Under the pieces are notes generated by a model, which was not told the origin of the DNA, did no database searches, and worked only from the letters and a program-made list of their open reading frames with translations. From the IMG/VR virus record IMGVR_UViG_3300027884_000001: a DNA stretch of 64,000 nucleotides. One strand, 5' to 3'. Position numbers and translations under genes: made by a program. Of the stretch, positions 27,518 through 34,140 are shown piece after piece. The stretch's first letter is position 1; each line of letters begins with the position of its first letter. This stretch comes from an uncultured virus (IMG/VR IMGVR_UViG_3300027884_000001) (taxonomy: Duplodnaviria; Heunggongvirae; Uroviricota; Caudoviricetes).

Positions 27518-27994
27518 GTGCCAGGTTACGTCGACATGTCAGAGAGTACGCGTCGCAAGATAAGCGAATCGCGCACGCCAGAAGAGTGGCGTGAACACTC
27601 GTTGCGAACTGCAGCCGCGCTTACACCAGAACAACGGCGAGAGAAGTCGCTGCGTGGAGCGGCATCTCAGACGGCGGAGCAGCGTCGCGAAAAAGCGCTG
27701 AAAGGTGCGGCAGCGCAAACGCCAGCGCAGCGCAGCGCCAAGGCGACCAAACGCTGGATCGGCGCGACGCTCGAGGAGCGCGAAAAGGCCGCGGAGCGGG
27801 CACGAAACATTCACCCGGATGTTCGACTTGCGATGGCGCACAAGCAGTGGCGCACGAAGTACGCGACGATGTTGCCAGAACAGCAGCAAGCGTTCGACGC
27901 TCCGAAAAGACGTCTCATGCGCTTCAAGCGTGCGGTCACGAAGCTGGCGGCCAAGCCGGTCGCACCGGTAGAAGATCTGGGCTACGGGTGCTGA
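27518..27994 (+). CDS. basic repeat protein (NUMOD3-like DNA-binding repeats)
   Basis: MSESTRRKISES and 15-aa TPEQRREKxLxGAA repeats. Confidence 0.55.
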   Translation: MPGYVDMSESTRRKISESRTPEEWREHSLRTAAALTPEQRREKSLRGAASQTAEQRREKALKGAAAQTPAQRSAKATKRWIGATLEEREKAAERARNIHPDVRLAMAHKQWRTKYATMLPEQQQAFDAPKRRLMRFKRAVTKLAAKPVAPVEDLGYGC

Positions 27995-27996
27995 CG

Positions 27997-29460
27997 ATGA
28001 CCGAGCCGCTCATCGCCTGCACGACGCCAACGCTCAACCGGCCCGAGACGCACGAGTCGCTCTATCAGACGTTCGTCAACCAGGATTGGCCGAACAAAAT
28101 ACTTCTGGTTCTTGACGAGAGCGCCACGCCGTCACCGTTCTTTTCGAGGTGCATGGATGCGCGCGTGCAGTACGTGCACGCGCCGAGTTCTCGCGGGGAC
28201 GTGACACGTATCGGCTCTGCAAGGAATCGACTGTGTCAGATGGCGAGAAAAGTCGGCGCGTCGTTCGTGGCGCATATGGACGACGATGACACGTACGCGA
28301 GAGGCTATTTGACTCGCATGCGAGAGCGACTCGGCAGCGCCAGCCTCGTCAAACTCGCCATCTTCCGACTTCTTGTCGACGGCGGCGAGTCTTCTGGAAC
28401 GCTGTGGCAGTGGGACGTGCGGTCGATGGGCGGCACGCACTACGCGCTGCAGGGAAGTAGGACGCCGGAAAGTGTCGACGTACCTGCGGACGACGATCCT
28501 GTGTACGCCGAAGCGATGAGGTTCGGCTACGGTTTCTCCTATTTTTTCCGTCTGGACGTCGCCCTGCGCTTCCCGTTTCCCGCCGAGGGCACCGAGGACT
28601 ACCCGTGGGTGCGAACGCTGCGTGAGAACGGTCATCGCGTCGTAGAGGTCGACGACTTCGCCGACGGATGCCTGCATGTGGTGCACGACGGCTCGAATTC
28701 GATGCTTTGGCCCCAGTTCTACCTGGGAAAGCACGCTCCGGGGGTAGGGTCCGAGCCTGTGTCGCTGCGTTCTTTCGCCCGCTGGCGTATGCTTGGGGCC
28801 GTGAGCCAGATGTACGAACTGCCGCAGGGCAAGGACATCCAGGTCGAGCCCGGGGTGACCTACCAGATCGTCGCCAAGATCAAGAACAACCACACGCTCA
28901 AGAGCGTCACGGTGCGCGCCGAGTCGTGGGGGCTGGTCGTGTCTGGCGCGCAGGACAACGTCAACGCTGCCGACCTCGGCGTGAAGCCAGCGCCCAACGG
29001 GTACCGTCTGGTGCAGGTCATGGGGACGTCGAACAAGTCGATGAAGGTACCCTGGAAGGGAAACAAGCTCGTGTCGCTCCTCGACAAGTCAAGCATGGTG
29101 CGCGCGTGGAGCGACAAGGCTCCCGCGGCAGTCCAGATCAACCCGCAGCTCACGCCCGCGGCCGCTGGTGTCGGCAGCGTCGACTTCAACAGTCCAGCTT
29201 GCTGCAAGAACTTCGCGTGGACGTCGACCATGGGTCCTCGAGTGCGTGGTCATCATCCATCGTGTCCGAAGGTCTACCGTCAGCCGAGCAACTGCTACGG
29301 CGAGATCGGCGGCGACCAGATCAACTGGCAGCTGTCGCCGACGCTTCCGGACGGCGGTGGCGGTGGCGGAGGCGGCGGTGGTGGGCGATCGTCATCACCC
29401 GGTCCGTCGCCGTCGCCTCGCGGTGTGTCGCCCGCTCCTCACGGTCTGTCGCGAGTGTGA
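27997..29460 (+). CDS. GT2-like glycosyltransferase with C-terminal extension
   Basis: TPTLNR...QDWPNK..LVLDE...IGSARN...AHMDDDD...EDY. Confidence 0.8.
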   Translation: MTEPLIACTTPTLNRPETHESLYQTFVNQDWPNKILLVLDESATPSPFFSRCMDARVQYVHAPSSRGDVTRIGSARNRLCQMARKVGASFVAHMDDDDTYARGYLTRMRERLGSASLVKLAIFRLLVDGGESSGTLWQWDVRSMGGTHYALQGSRTPESVDVPADDDPVYAEAMRFGYGFSYFFRLDVALRFPFPAEGTEDYPWVRTLRENGHRVVEVDDFADGCLHVVHDGSNSMLWPQFYLGKHAPGVGSEPVSLRSFARWRMLGAVSQMYELPQGKDIQVEPGVTYQIVAKIKNNHTLKSVTVRAESWGLVVSGAQDNVNAADLGVKPAPNGYRLVQVMGTSNKSMKVPWKGNKLVSLLDKSSMVRAWSDKAPAAVQINPQLTPAAAGVGSVDFNSPACCKNFAWTSTMGPRVRGHHPSCPKVYRQPSNCYGEIGGDQINWQLSPTLPDGGGGGGGGGGGRSSSPGPSPSPRGVSPAPHGLSRV

Positions 29461-29462
29461 GT

Positions 29463-29735
29463 ATGAAACCGATCGGCAAGATGGGGGCGTTCACGCTCGT
29501 GACCGCCACGGGGCTCGGCGGGACGATGGTCGCGGCGGTGCTGCTCAACCTGTTGTCCGGACGTCGCGGAACAGAAGAAGACTTCATCGAGGCGCTCGTC
29601 ATCGGCTTGCCTACAGCCATGGCGGCCGGTGGTGTTGCTGCGGCCATCACGCCGTCGCTCGCTGCAGCGCCAGCGACTGGCACCGGCAGGCTTCCGTCGC
29701 AGATCAACGATCAGCTGTCGCCGCGCAGGGGCTAA
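29463..29735 (+). CDS. small two-TM membrane protein
   Basis: Two hydrophobic helices; ends QINDQLSPRRG. Confidence 0.6.
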   Translation: MKPIGKMGAFTLVTATGLGGTMVAAVLLNLLSGRRGTEEDFIEALVIGLPTAMAAGGVAAAITPSLAAAPATGTGRLPSQINDQLSPRRG

Positions 29736-29779
29736 CAATTCCTCTTGCAAGCACGAGCGAGCCATGTCAGGCTCGAATC

Positions 29780-29979
29780 CTACCGATGAGACTCTGGTCA
29801 GCCGCCACATCGATGATTCCGAGCAGGGCGCATAGCTCCTGCGTCGGGACCGATCCGGTGTATGCGCAGCCTGCATTCCAGACCAAGCGCAACTCGGAGG
29901 AAGGTACGTAGGGCGGCCAAGAGATCGACGAAAAAAGCGTCATCTAAGGCCGCTCGGAAGCGATTCCGAGGCGGCCTTT
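29780..29979 (+). ncRNA. candidate structured ncRNA with own promoter and terminator
   Basis: TTGCAA-17-CAGGCT upstream; nested pairings GCCGCC/GGCGGC and TCCGAG/CTCGGA; terminator hairpin at 3' end. Confidence 0.3.
29947..29979 (+). terminator. intrinsic terminator-like hairpin
   Basis: AGGCCGCTCGGAA-gcga-TTCCGAGGCGGCCTTT. Confidence 0.6.
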
Positions 29980-30008
29980 CTCGTCTAACCAGCATGGGAT
30001 CACGCGAC

Positions 30009-30091
30009 GGTGGGCGATTAGCAGCAGGGCAGCTGCGGCGGGTTGTAGCCCCGTTTCCTCTGGAGGAGCCGTTCGACTCGGCCGCCCATCA
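30009..30091 (+). tRNA. tRNA-Tyr(GUA), apparent 8/4 fold
   Basis: GGTGGGCG/CGCCCATC acceptor; loop TT-GTA-GC; long variable arm; 4-bp T stem. Confidence 0.75.
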
Positions 30092-30095
30092 CGAG

Positions 30096-30707
30096 GTGCA
30101 CGATGAAGCGGACCAAACAGGCGCGCACACGCCAGAAGGGAGCGTAACTCAATTGGCAGAGGCCGGGCTTTTACCCCGTCGCGATCTCGGTTCGACTCCG
30201 GGCGCTCCCACGAAGCGGTGCGGCAAGTGCGGCGATGATAAACTGTTCGATGAGTTCGCGAAGAACAAGAGAAAGAATGACGGACGACAGCAGTGGTGCA
30301 GAGCGTGCCATCACGCGCATCACGTCGACTATTACCCGAAGAACAAGAAGCGCTTCCGAGACTACGACCACGCTCTCAGAGAGCGTCTGCGCGCGATCGT
30401 TTTCGCGCATCTAATGACCAACGCTTGCGTTGATTGCGGTGAGAAGGATCCGATCGTTTTGGATTTCGATCATGTCCGAGGCGTGAAAGCGTTCAACATC
30501 GCGGTTGCTACCGCGAACGGAGCTGTGTCGACCCGAACGCTGATGGAAGAAATTAGCAAGTGTGAGATCCGCTGTGCCAACTGTCATCGTCGAAAAACAT
30601 CGGCTGAGGGATTTCATTGGAAGACGCAACGGGTCGCTAGCTCTAAGGCGGAGCAGCAGTCTCTTACACTGTCGGGCGCGGTTCGATTCCGCGGCGACCC
30701 ACACTGA
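30096..30707 (+). CDS. HNH endonuclease overlapping two tRNA-Lys genes
   Basis: CGKC...WCRAC...CVDCGE.D..VLDFDH...KCEIRCANCHR; start codon uncertain. Confidence 0.75.
   Translation: MHDEADQTGAHTPEGSVTQLAEAGLLPRRDLGSTPGAPTKRCGKCGDDKLFDEFAKNKRKNDGRQQWCRACHHAHHVDYYPKNKKRFRDYDHALRERLRAIVFAHLMTNACVDCGEKDPIVLDFDHVRGVKAFNIAVATANGAVSTRTLMEEISKCEIRCANCHRRKTSAEGFHWKTQRVASSKAEQQSLTLSGAVRFRGDPH
30138..30210 (+). tRNA. tRNA-Lys(UUU)
   Basis: GGGAGCG/CGCTCCC; loop CT-TTT-AC; TTCGACT T loop. Confidence 0.85.
30631..30701 (+). tRNA. tRNA-Lys(CUU)
   Basis: GGGTCGC/GCGACCC; loop CT-CTT-AC. Confidence 0.85.
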
Positions 30708-30781
30708 TCCGGTGTCGGCCAACGGTAGGCTAGCAGTCTCTGAAGCTGCGCATCTAGGTTCGATTCCTAGGACCGGAACCA
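30708..30781 (+). tRNA. tRNA-Gln(CUG)
   Basis: Canonical cloverleaf; loop CT-CTG-AA; encoded CCA. Confidence 0.9.
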
Positions 30782-30808
30782 CCGTCGCAAGACGGTCGCT
30801 CTTTGACA
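30781..30808 (+). promoter_or_regulatory. boxB-like hairpin plus boxA-like antitermination element
   Basis: ACCGTC-GCAA-GACGGT then CGCTCTTTGACA (rrn boxA consensus TGCTCTTTAACA). Confidence 0.6.
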
Positions 30809-30889
30809 TCCAGACGACACATGACGCGCACCCTCGGTGCGGGCGGTCTCTGTCGAGGTACGACGCGCGGGTCTGTACGACCGCGCCAT

Positions 30890-30961
30890 GGAGTCGAAGC
30901 TCAGTGGCCGAGCAGCGACCTGTTAGATCGACGGAAGTGGGTTCGATTCCCACCGACTCCG
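30890..30961 (+). tRNA. tRNA-Asn(GUU), weak anticodon stem
   Basis: GGAGTCG/CGACTCC; G73; loop CT-GTT-AG. Confidence 0.7.
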
Positions 30962-30967
30962 CAGCGT

Positions 30968-31039
30968 GCCGGATCGTCTCAAGGAGCAACATGGTTTCGT
31001 AGTCCGTGTAGGGCGGGGCGGTACCGCCATCCGGCTCCA
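30968..31039 (+). tRNA. atypical tRNA-Thr(CGU)
   Basis: GCCGGAT/ATCCGGC plus TCCA; T loop GGCGGTA; extended anticodon stem. Confidence 0.6.
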
Positions 31040-31042
31040 TAC

Positions 31043-31121
31043 GTCCCCATCGTCTACGCGCGGCTAGGACACCACCCTCTCACGGTGGGAAACGCGGGTT
31101 CAACTCCCCGTGGGGACGCCA
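31043..31121 (+). tRNA. tRNA-Glu(CUC)
   Basis: GTCCCCA/TGGGGAC; loop CT-CTC-AC; CCA. Confidence 0.9.
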
Positions 31122-31122
31122 C

Positions 31123-31195
31123 GGCGCCTTTTCTCCTGGTGGGGTGGTCGGTTTTTCACATCGACTGTGGCACGGTTCGAATCCGGCAGGCGTCA
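31123..31195 (+). tRNA. tRNA-Glu(UUC)
   Basis: GGCGCCT/AGGCGTC; loop TT-TTC-AC; bulged T stem. Confidence 0.7.
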
Positions 31196-31204
31196 CGAGG
31201 CAAC

Positions 31205-31280
31205 GCACCGAGAGCTAGTGTGGTCATAGCGCGCGGTTGAAGCCCGCGAGAACGTCGTTCGATCCGACGTCGGTGCGCCA
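31205..31280 (+). tRNA. tRNA-Phe(GAA)
   Basis: GCACCGA/TCGGTGC; loop TT-GAA-GC; CCA. Confidence 0.85.
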
Positions 31281-31350
31281 GAGGGAAGTGTTTTTGGTAG
31301 CACACTCCGTTCGGGCCGGAGTAGTGCGGGTTCGATTCCCGCTCCTCTGA
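31279..31350 (+). tRNA. tRNA-Pro(CGG)
   Basis: CAGAGGG/TCCTCTG; loop TT-CGG-GC; overlaps the CCA of tRNA-Phe. Confidence 0.85.
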
Positions 31351-31354
31351 CTAT

Positions 31355-31431
31355 GGCGTGCGTACTCGTTCGGTAACGAGGGTGCTCTGTGAAAGCACGG
31401 AAGCTCGGTTCGACTCCGGCCGCTCGCCCCA
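31355..31431 (+). tRNA. tRNA-His(GUG)
   Basis: G-1:C73; loop CT-GTG-AA; CCA. Confidence 0.85.
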
Positions 31432-31432
31432 T

Positions 31433-31511
31433 CTCCTCGTGCTGGTGGTCCAGCATCGCGTTTCCTAAACGCGAGCCTTGAGCAGACCGTGTTCGATCCA
31501 CGGCGAGGAGA
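31433..31511 (+). tRNA. tRNA-Arg(CCU) with enlarged variable region
   Basis: CTCCTCG/CGAGGAG; loop TT-CCT-AA. Confidence 0.75.
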
Positions 31512-31563
31512 CCGGGCACCCGGCGAGCGCGTGAGCGCGACGACCCGGGCCAGCCCTCAACTT

Positions 31564-31635
31564 GCCTCGTGATGCGACTGGCGTCGCAGTTCCACTGTCT
31601 ATGGAGTGAGAGCGGTTCAATTCCGCTACGAGGCG
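31564..31635 (+). tRNA. tRNA-Asp(GUC)
   Basis: GCCTCGT/ACGAGGC; G73; loop CT-GTC-TA. Confidence 0.85.
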
Positions 31636-31639
31636 CTAC

Positions 31640-31708
31640 GGGTCTGAGGCCATGGTGGCCAACCGGTTTCCAAGTCCGGAGGACAGCGTTCGATTCGCTG
31701 CGGGCCCG
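31640..31708 (+). tRNA. tRNA-Trp(CCA)
   Basis: GGGTCTG/CGGGCCC; G73; loop TT-CCA-AG. Confidence 0.75.
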
Positions 31709-31813
31709 CTACTTCAAGCCGACGATGGCAACGAAGGTTGCGAGCCAAGAAGCTGACGCGAGGAGCGAACGTGGCGCGATGATGCCGCGTGACAGACCGG
31801 AGAGACGGTCCAA

Positions 31814-31884
31814 GGGCCGGTCGTCCAACGCGAAGACACCGCTTTCGCACTGCGGAGATGGGGGTTGGATTCCCCCTCGGTCCA
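31814..31884 (+). tRNA. tRNA-Ala(CGC)
   Basis: G3:U70; loop TT-CGC-AC. Confidence 0.85.
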
Positions 31885-31889
31885 CTTTC

Positions 31890-31958
31890 GCCCGCGCTCC
31901 CCGGTGGGACGTCCTCGTTGGTATCGAGGTCGCTCGAGTTCGACTCTCGACGCGGGCT
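31890..31958 (+). tRNA. tRNA-Thr(GGU)
   Basis: GCCCGCG/CGCGGGC; loop TT-GGT-AT. Confidence 0.8.
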
Positions 31959-31963
31959 CTGTT

Positions 31964-32034
31964 GCCCGGCGAAGCTTCATGGTGAGGCGCTCGGTCTGTA
32001 CCCGAGACGTGCCGTTCGATTCGGACGCTGGGCT
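31964..32034 (+). tRNA. tRNA-Thr(UGU)
   Basis: GCCCGGC/GCTGGGC; loop TC-TGT-AC (C33). Confidence 0.7.
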
Positions 32035-32097
32035 CTGCCTCTTGTGATGCCTAGAAGTACCCGGTGCGCGACTGCTGCAGCAGCGTGGCACCGGCTT

Positions 32098-32168
32098 GCG
32101 ACCGCCGTCTGATGGTCAGACCTCAGGTTTCCACCCTGATGAAGCGTGTTCGATTCACGTCGGTCGCT
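32098..32168 (+). tRNA. tRNA-Gly(UCC)
   Basis: GCGACCG/CGGTCGC; U73; loop TT-TCC-AC. Confidence 0.85.
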
Positions 32169-32174
32169 CTGCTT

Positions 32175-32246
32175 GCGGGTGAGACGGCAAGGTGCCGTAC
32201 TTCGTCGCCAACGAAGCCCAGGCGCGTTCGATTCGCGTCACCCGCT
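32175..32246 (+). tRNA. tRNA-Gly(GCC)
   Basis: GCGGGTG/CACCCGC; U73; loop TC-GCC-AA (C33). Confidence 0.8.
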
Positions 32247-32248
32247 CC

Positions 32249-32368
32249 GGCGCTGCACCTGCGTCTAACAGGCGCGGGTGGCGAGACTCCGAAAGGGCTC
32301 GCCGGTGCACGCGTTGCGTCCGAAGGAGCGTGGAGCGGCCGCTCACGACGCGTGCACCGCTTACGCCG
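32249..32368 (+). ncRNA. candidate multi-stem structured RNA within the tRNA array
   Basis: Three hairpins, including a GAAA-capped stem and CGGTGCACGCGTTG/CGACGCGTGCACCG, closed by GGCG/CGCC. Confidence 0.4.
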
Positions 32369-32373
32369 ACTGT

Positions 32374-32445
32374 GAGCCCGAGTTCAAGCGGACGGGTGAG
32401 ATTGCAACCCTCACCGGGTCGGGGCGGTTCCGACCGGGCTCTCCA
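32374..32445 (+). tRNA. atypical tRNA-Cys(GCA)
   Basis: GAGCCCG/CGGGCTC plus U73 and CCA; loop TT-GCA-AC; T loop GGCGGTT. Confidence 0.65.
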
Positions 32446-32446
32446 T

Positions 32447-32517
32447 GCGCTCGTCCTGGCGGCTCCAGGCGTGGGACTTCTAAGCCCGTCGACTCGGTTC
32501 AACTCCGAGCGAGCGCA
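32447..32517 (+). tRNA. tRNA-Arg(UCU)
   Basis: GCGCTCG/CGAGCGC; loop CT-TCT-AA. Confidence 0.8.
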
Positions 32518-32518
32518 C

Positions 32519-32589
32519 CTCGCTGTTCTGGTGGATCCAGATCGCGGTTTCCGAAACCGCGCACCCGTGTTCGATTCACGGCAGCGAGG
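32519..32589 (+). tRNA. tRNA-Arg(CCG)
   Basis: CTCGCTG/CAGCGAG; loop TT-CCG-AA. Confidence 0.8.
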
Positions 32590-32636
32590 CCGACGGTTGG
32601 TTTGCATCGTTCGCGGTGCCGGCCTTCCGTCTCCAT

Positions 32637-32707
32637 GCCCCCGTCCTGACGGATTCAGGCGCAGGTCTACGAAGCCTGTTGTCTAGGTTCGACTCCTAGC
32701 GGGGGCG
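32637..32707 (+). tRNA. tRNA-Arg(ACG)
   Basis: GCCCCCG/CGGGGGC; loop CT-ACG-AA. Confidence 0.85.
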
Positions 32708-32708
32708 C

Positions 32709-32782
32709 CGCACGGATGGAGCAACGGTGGCTTGCCGCGCTCATAACGCGGACATCAGTCGGTTCAACTCCGACCCGTGCAA
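32709..32782 (+). tRNA. tRNA-Met(CAU), initiator-like
   Basis: C1:A72 mismatch; loop CT-CAT-AA; anticodon stem GCG/CGC instead of GGG/CCC. Confidence 0.8.
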
Positions 32783-32783
32783 A

Positions 32784-32852
32784 CGCAGCGACGTCAGGGA
32801 CGAGGCGGCCCTCATAAGGCTGACCGCAAGGGTTCGACTCCCTTCGCTGCGA
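32784..32852 (+). tRNA. tRNA-Met/Ile2(CAU)
   Basis: CGCAGCG/CGCTGCG; loop CT-CAT-AA. Confidence 0.75.
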
Positions 32853-32853
32853 C

Positions 32854-32921
32854 CCGAGGCTACCTGGCGGGAGCATGCGCCCCACACGCGCGCGCGAGGC
32901 GTTCGATTCGCCTGCCTCGGA
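32854..32921 (+). tRNA. degenerate tRNA-Val(CAC)
   Basis: CCGAGGC/GCCTCGG; loop CC-CAC-AC; poor D arm. Confidence 0.55.
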
Positions 32922-32922
32922 C

Positions 32923-32993
32923 TGGCGCGTGCGGCTGGTCGCTGCAGGACGCCTTATAGACGTCCGCTCTGGGTCCGATTCCCAGCGCGCCTA
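32923..32993 (+). tRNA. tRNA-Ile(UAU), atypical
   Basis: GGCGCG/CGCGCC with U1:U72; loop CT-TAT-AG closed by C.A. Confidence 0.6.
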
Positions 32994-32994
32994 C

Positions 32995-33066
32995 GCGCGA
33001 CTCGCCGTCTGGTGACGGCACCGGCTCGACAAGCCGGCGAGCGGGGTCCGATTCCCCGGTCGCGCA
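32995..33066 (+). tRNA. tRNA-Val(GAC)
   Basis: GCGCGAC/GTCGCGC; loop TC-GAC-AA (C33). Confidence 0.8.
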
Positions 33067-33077
33067 CGAAGTGAAAC

Positions 33078-33149
33078 GGGACTGGATGGTCCGGTTGACC
33101 GAAGCCGCCTGATAAGCGACTCGGCCGGGTTCGACTCCCGGCAGTCCCA
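33078..33149 (+). tRNA. tRNA-Ile(GAU)
   Basis: GGGACTG/CAGTCCC; loop CT-GAT-AA. Confidence 0.8.
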
Positions 33150-33162
33150 CAACCTCTGCTAC

Positions 33163-33723
33163 ATGGAGATCGTCATGGAACCGCGAACGCTCGTCTTGTC
33201 CCCTTGGATGGCCCCGAACCGCATAGCCACGTGGCAGCAGGCGATCGTGCTCGTGTACCTGAACAAGGTCGACGTGCTCGAGGAGTACGACGCCGAGGAG
33301 CACGCTCCGGCCTCGAGTGCGCGGTGGTCGATCAAGATCCCTGCGGTCCTGCGCATCCGCAAGACGATCGACATGCACAAGTCGAGCGTGAAGTTCTCGC
33401 GCTCGAACATGCTCGCTCGTGATGGCTCGAGGTGCTGCTACTGCCCGCCGAGCGTGGCGCGCAAGCCGGCCAAGGACCTCACCTACGACCACGTGCTGCC
33501 GCGTTGCCGCGGTGGCAAGACGTGCTGGGAGAACATCGTGATGGCGTGCCGTCCGTGCAACCGGCGCAAGGACAAGAAGACGCCGAAGGAAGCGGGCATG
33601 ACGATGCACTTCAAGCCGCACAAGCCAGCGTCGCTGGCTCTCACGGGTCCGCTTCTGATCGACACGAGCAAGATCCACCCGTTGTGGGTCCCGTACATGA
33701 CAGGCGCCGAAGCAACGGGCTAG
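33163..33723 (+). CDS. HNH endonuclease (McrA-like)
   Basis: TLVL...PAVLRI...FSRSNMLARDG.RCCYC...LTYDHVLPR.RGG...WENIVMACRPCNRRK; start may be ATG 33175. Confidence 0.9.
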   Translation: MEIVMEPRTLVLSPWMAPNRIATWQQAIVLVYLNKVDVLEEYDAEEHAPASSARWSIKIPAVLRIRKTIDMHKSSVKFSRSNMLARDGSRCCYCPPSVARKPAKDLTYDHVLPRCRGGKTCWENIVMACRPCNRRKDKKTPKEAGMTMHFKPHKPASLALTGPLLIDTSKIHPLWVPYMTGAEATG

Positions 33724-33731
33724 GCACCCAC

Positions 33732-33817
33732 GGCAGCTACTGCTGAATGGTCGGCAATCCGGTTCGAACCCGGAGGCGTGGCGATGAGTCACGGGCGTTC
33801 GATTCGTCTAGCTGCCG
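33732..33817 (+). tRNA. tRNA-Ser(CGA), 8/4-compatible fold
   Basis: GGCAGCTA/TAGCTGCC; G73; loop TT-CGA-AC; long variable arm. Confidence 0.85.
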
Positions 33818-33821
33818 CTAT

Positions 33822-33904
33822 GGAGAGTGAAGAGCGTGTGGACGCTCACTCGGTTGCTACCCGAGGAAGCTGAAAGGCTAGCGGTTCGACTCCGCCTCTC
33901 TCCG
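33822..33904 (+). tRNA. tRNA-Ser(GCU), 8/4 fold with 6-bp D stem
   Basis: GGAGAGTG/CTCTCTCC; GAGCGT-gtgg-ACGCTC D arm; loop TT-GCT-AC; 4-bp T stem. Confidence 0.85.
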
Positions 33905-34116
33905 CTACTTGCGCGTCGGCCTGAACCCAGCAGCCTCGTAGAAGCTCATCGCTGGCACGACTCCGCGACGCTGCCGCGGTCGGCCGTTGGTGTGCTGCCT
34001 CACCCAGCTGTAAGCCAAAACTCCATCACGCACGCGCGGCAGGCGATCGTACGCGAGCCGTAGACGCAACCGGTGGCAGGGTGGGCTGCGGGATCACCGC
34101 AGAAGTTGCAGTTCAT
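33905..34116 (-). pseudogene. small zinc-finger ORF, apparently frameshifted
   Basis: MNCNFC...CRAC..FW stops at 34000; protein-like WVRQHTNG...SFYEAAG continues in another frame. Confidence 0.35.
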
Positions 34117-34140
34117 GATGTGCCTCGCTTTCGATCTTTG

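Noticed and set aside
29784..29935. Hammerhead ribozyme (CCGATGA...GAAA)
   Set aside because: Core differs from CUGAUGA and stems I/III could not be built
32923..32993. Ochre suppressor (UUA) reading of this tRNA
   Set aside because: Centred 7-nt loop CT-TAT-AG gives UAU; TAA is used as a normal stop in the window
30562..33140. ORF-track entries overlapping the tRNA array
   Set aside because: No protein-like composition; sequence is explained by tRNA cloverleafs
33822..33904. tRNA-Sec
   Set aside because: Anticodon is GCU, the fold is 8/4 not 8/5, and no sel genes are present
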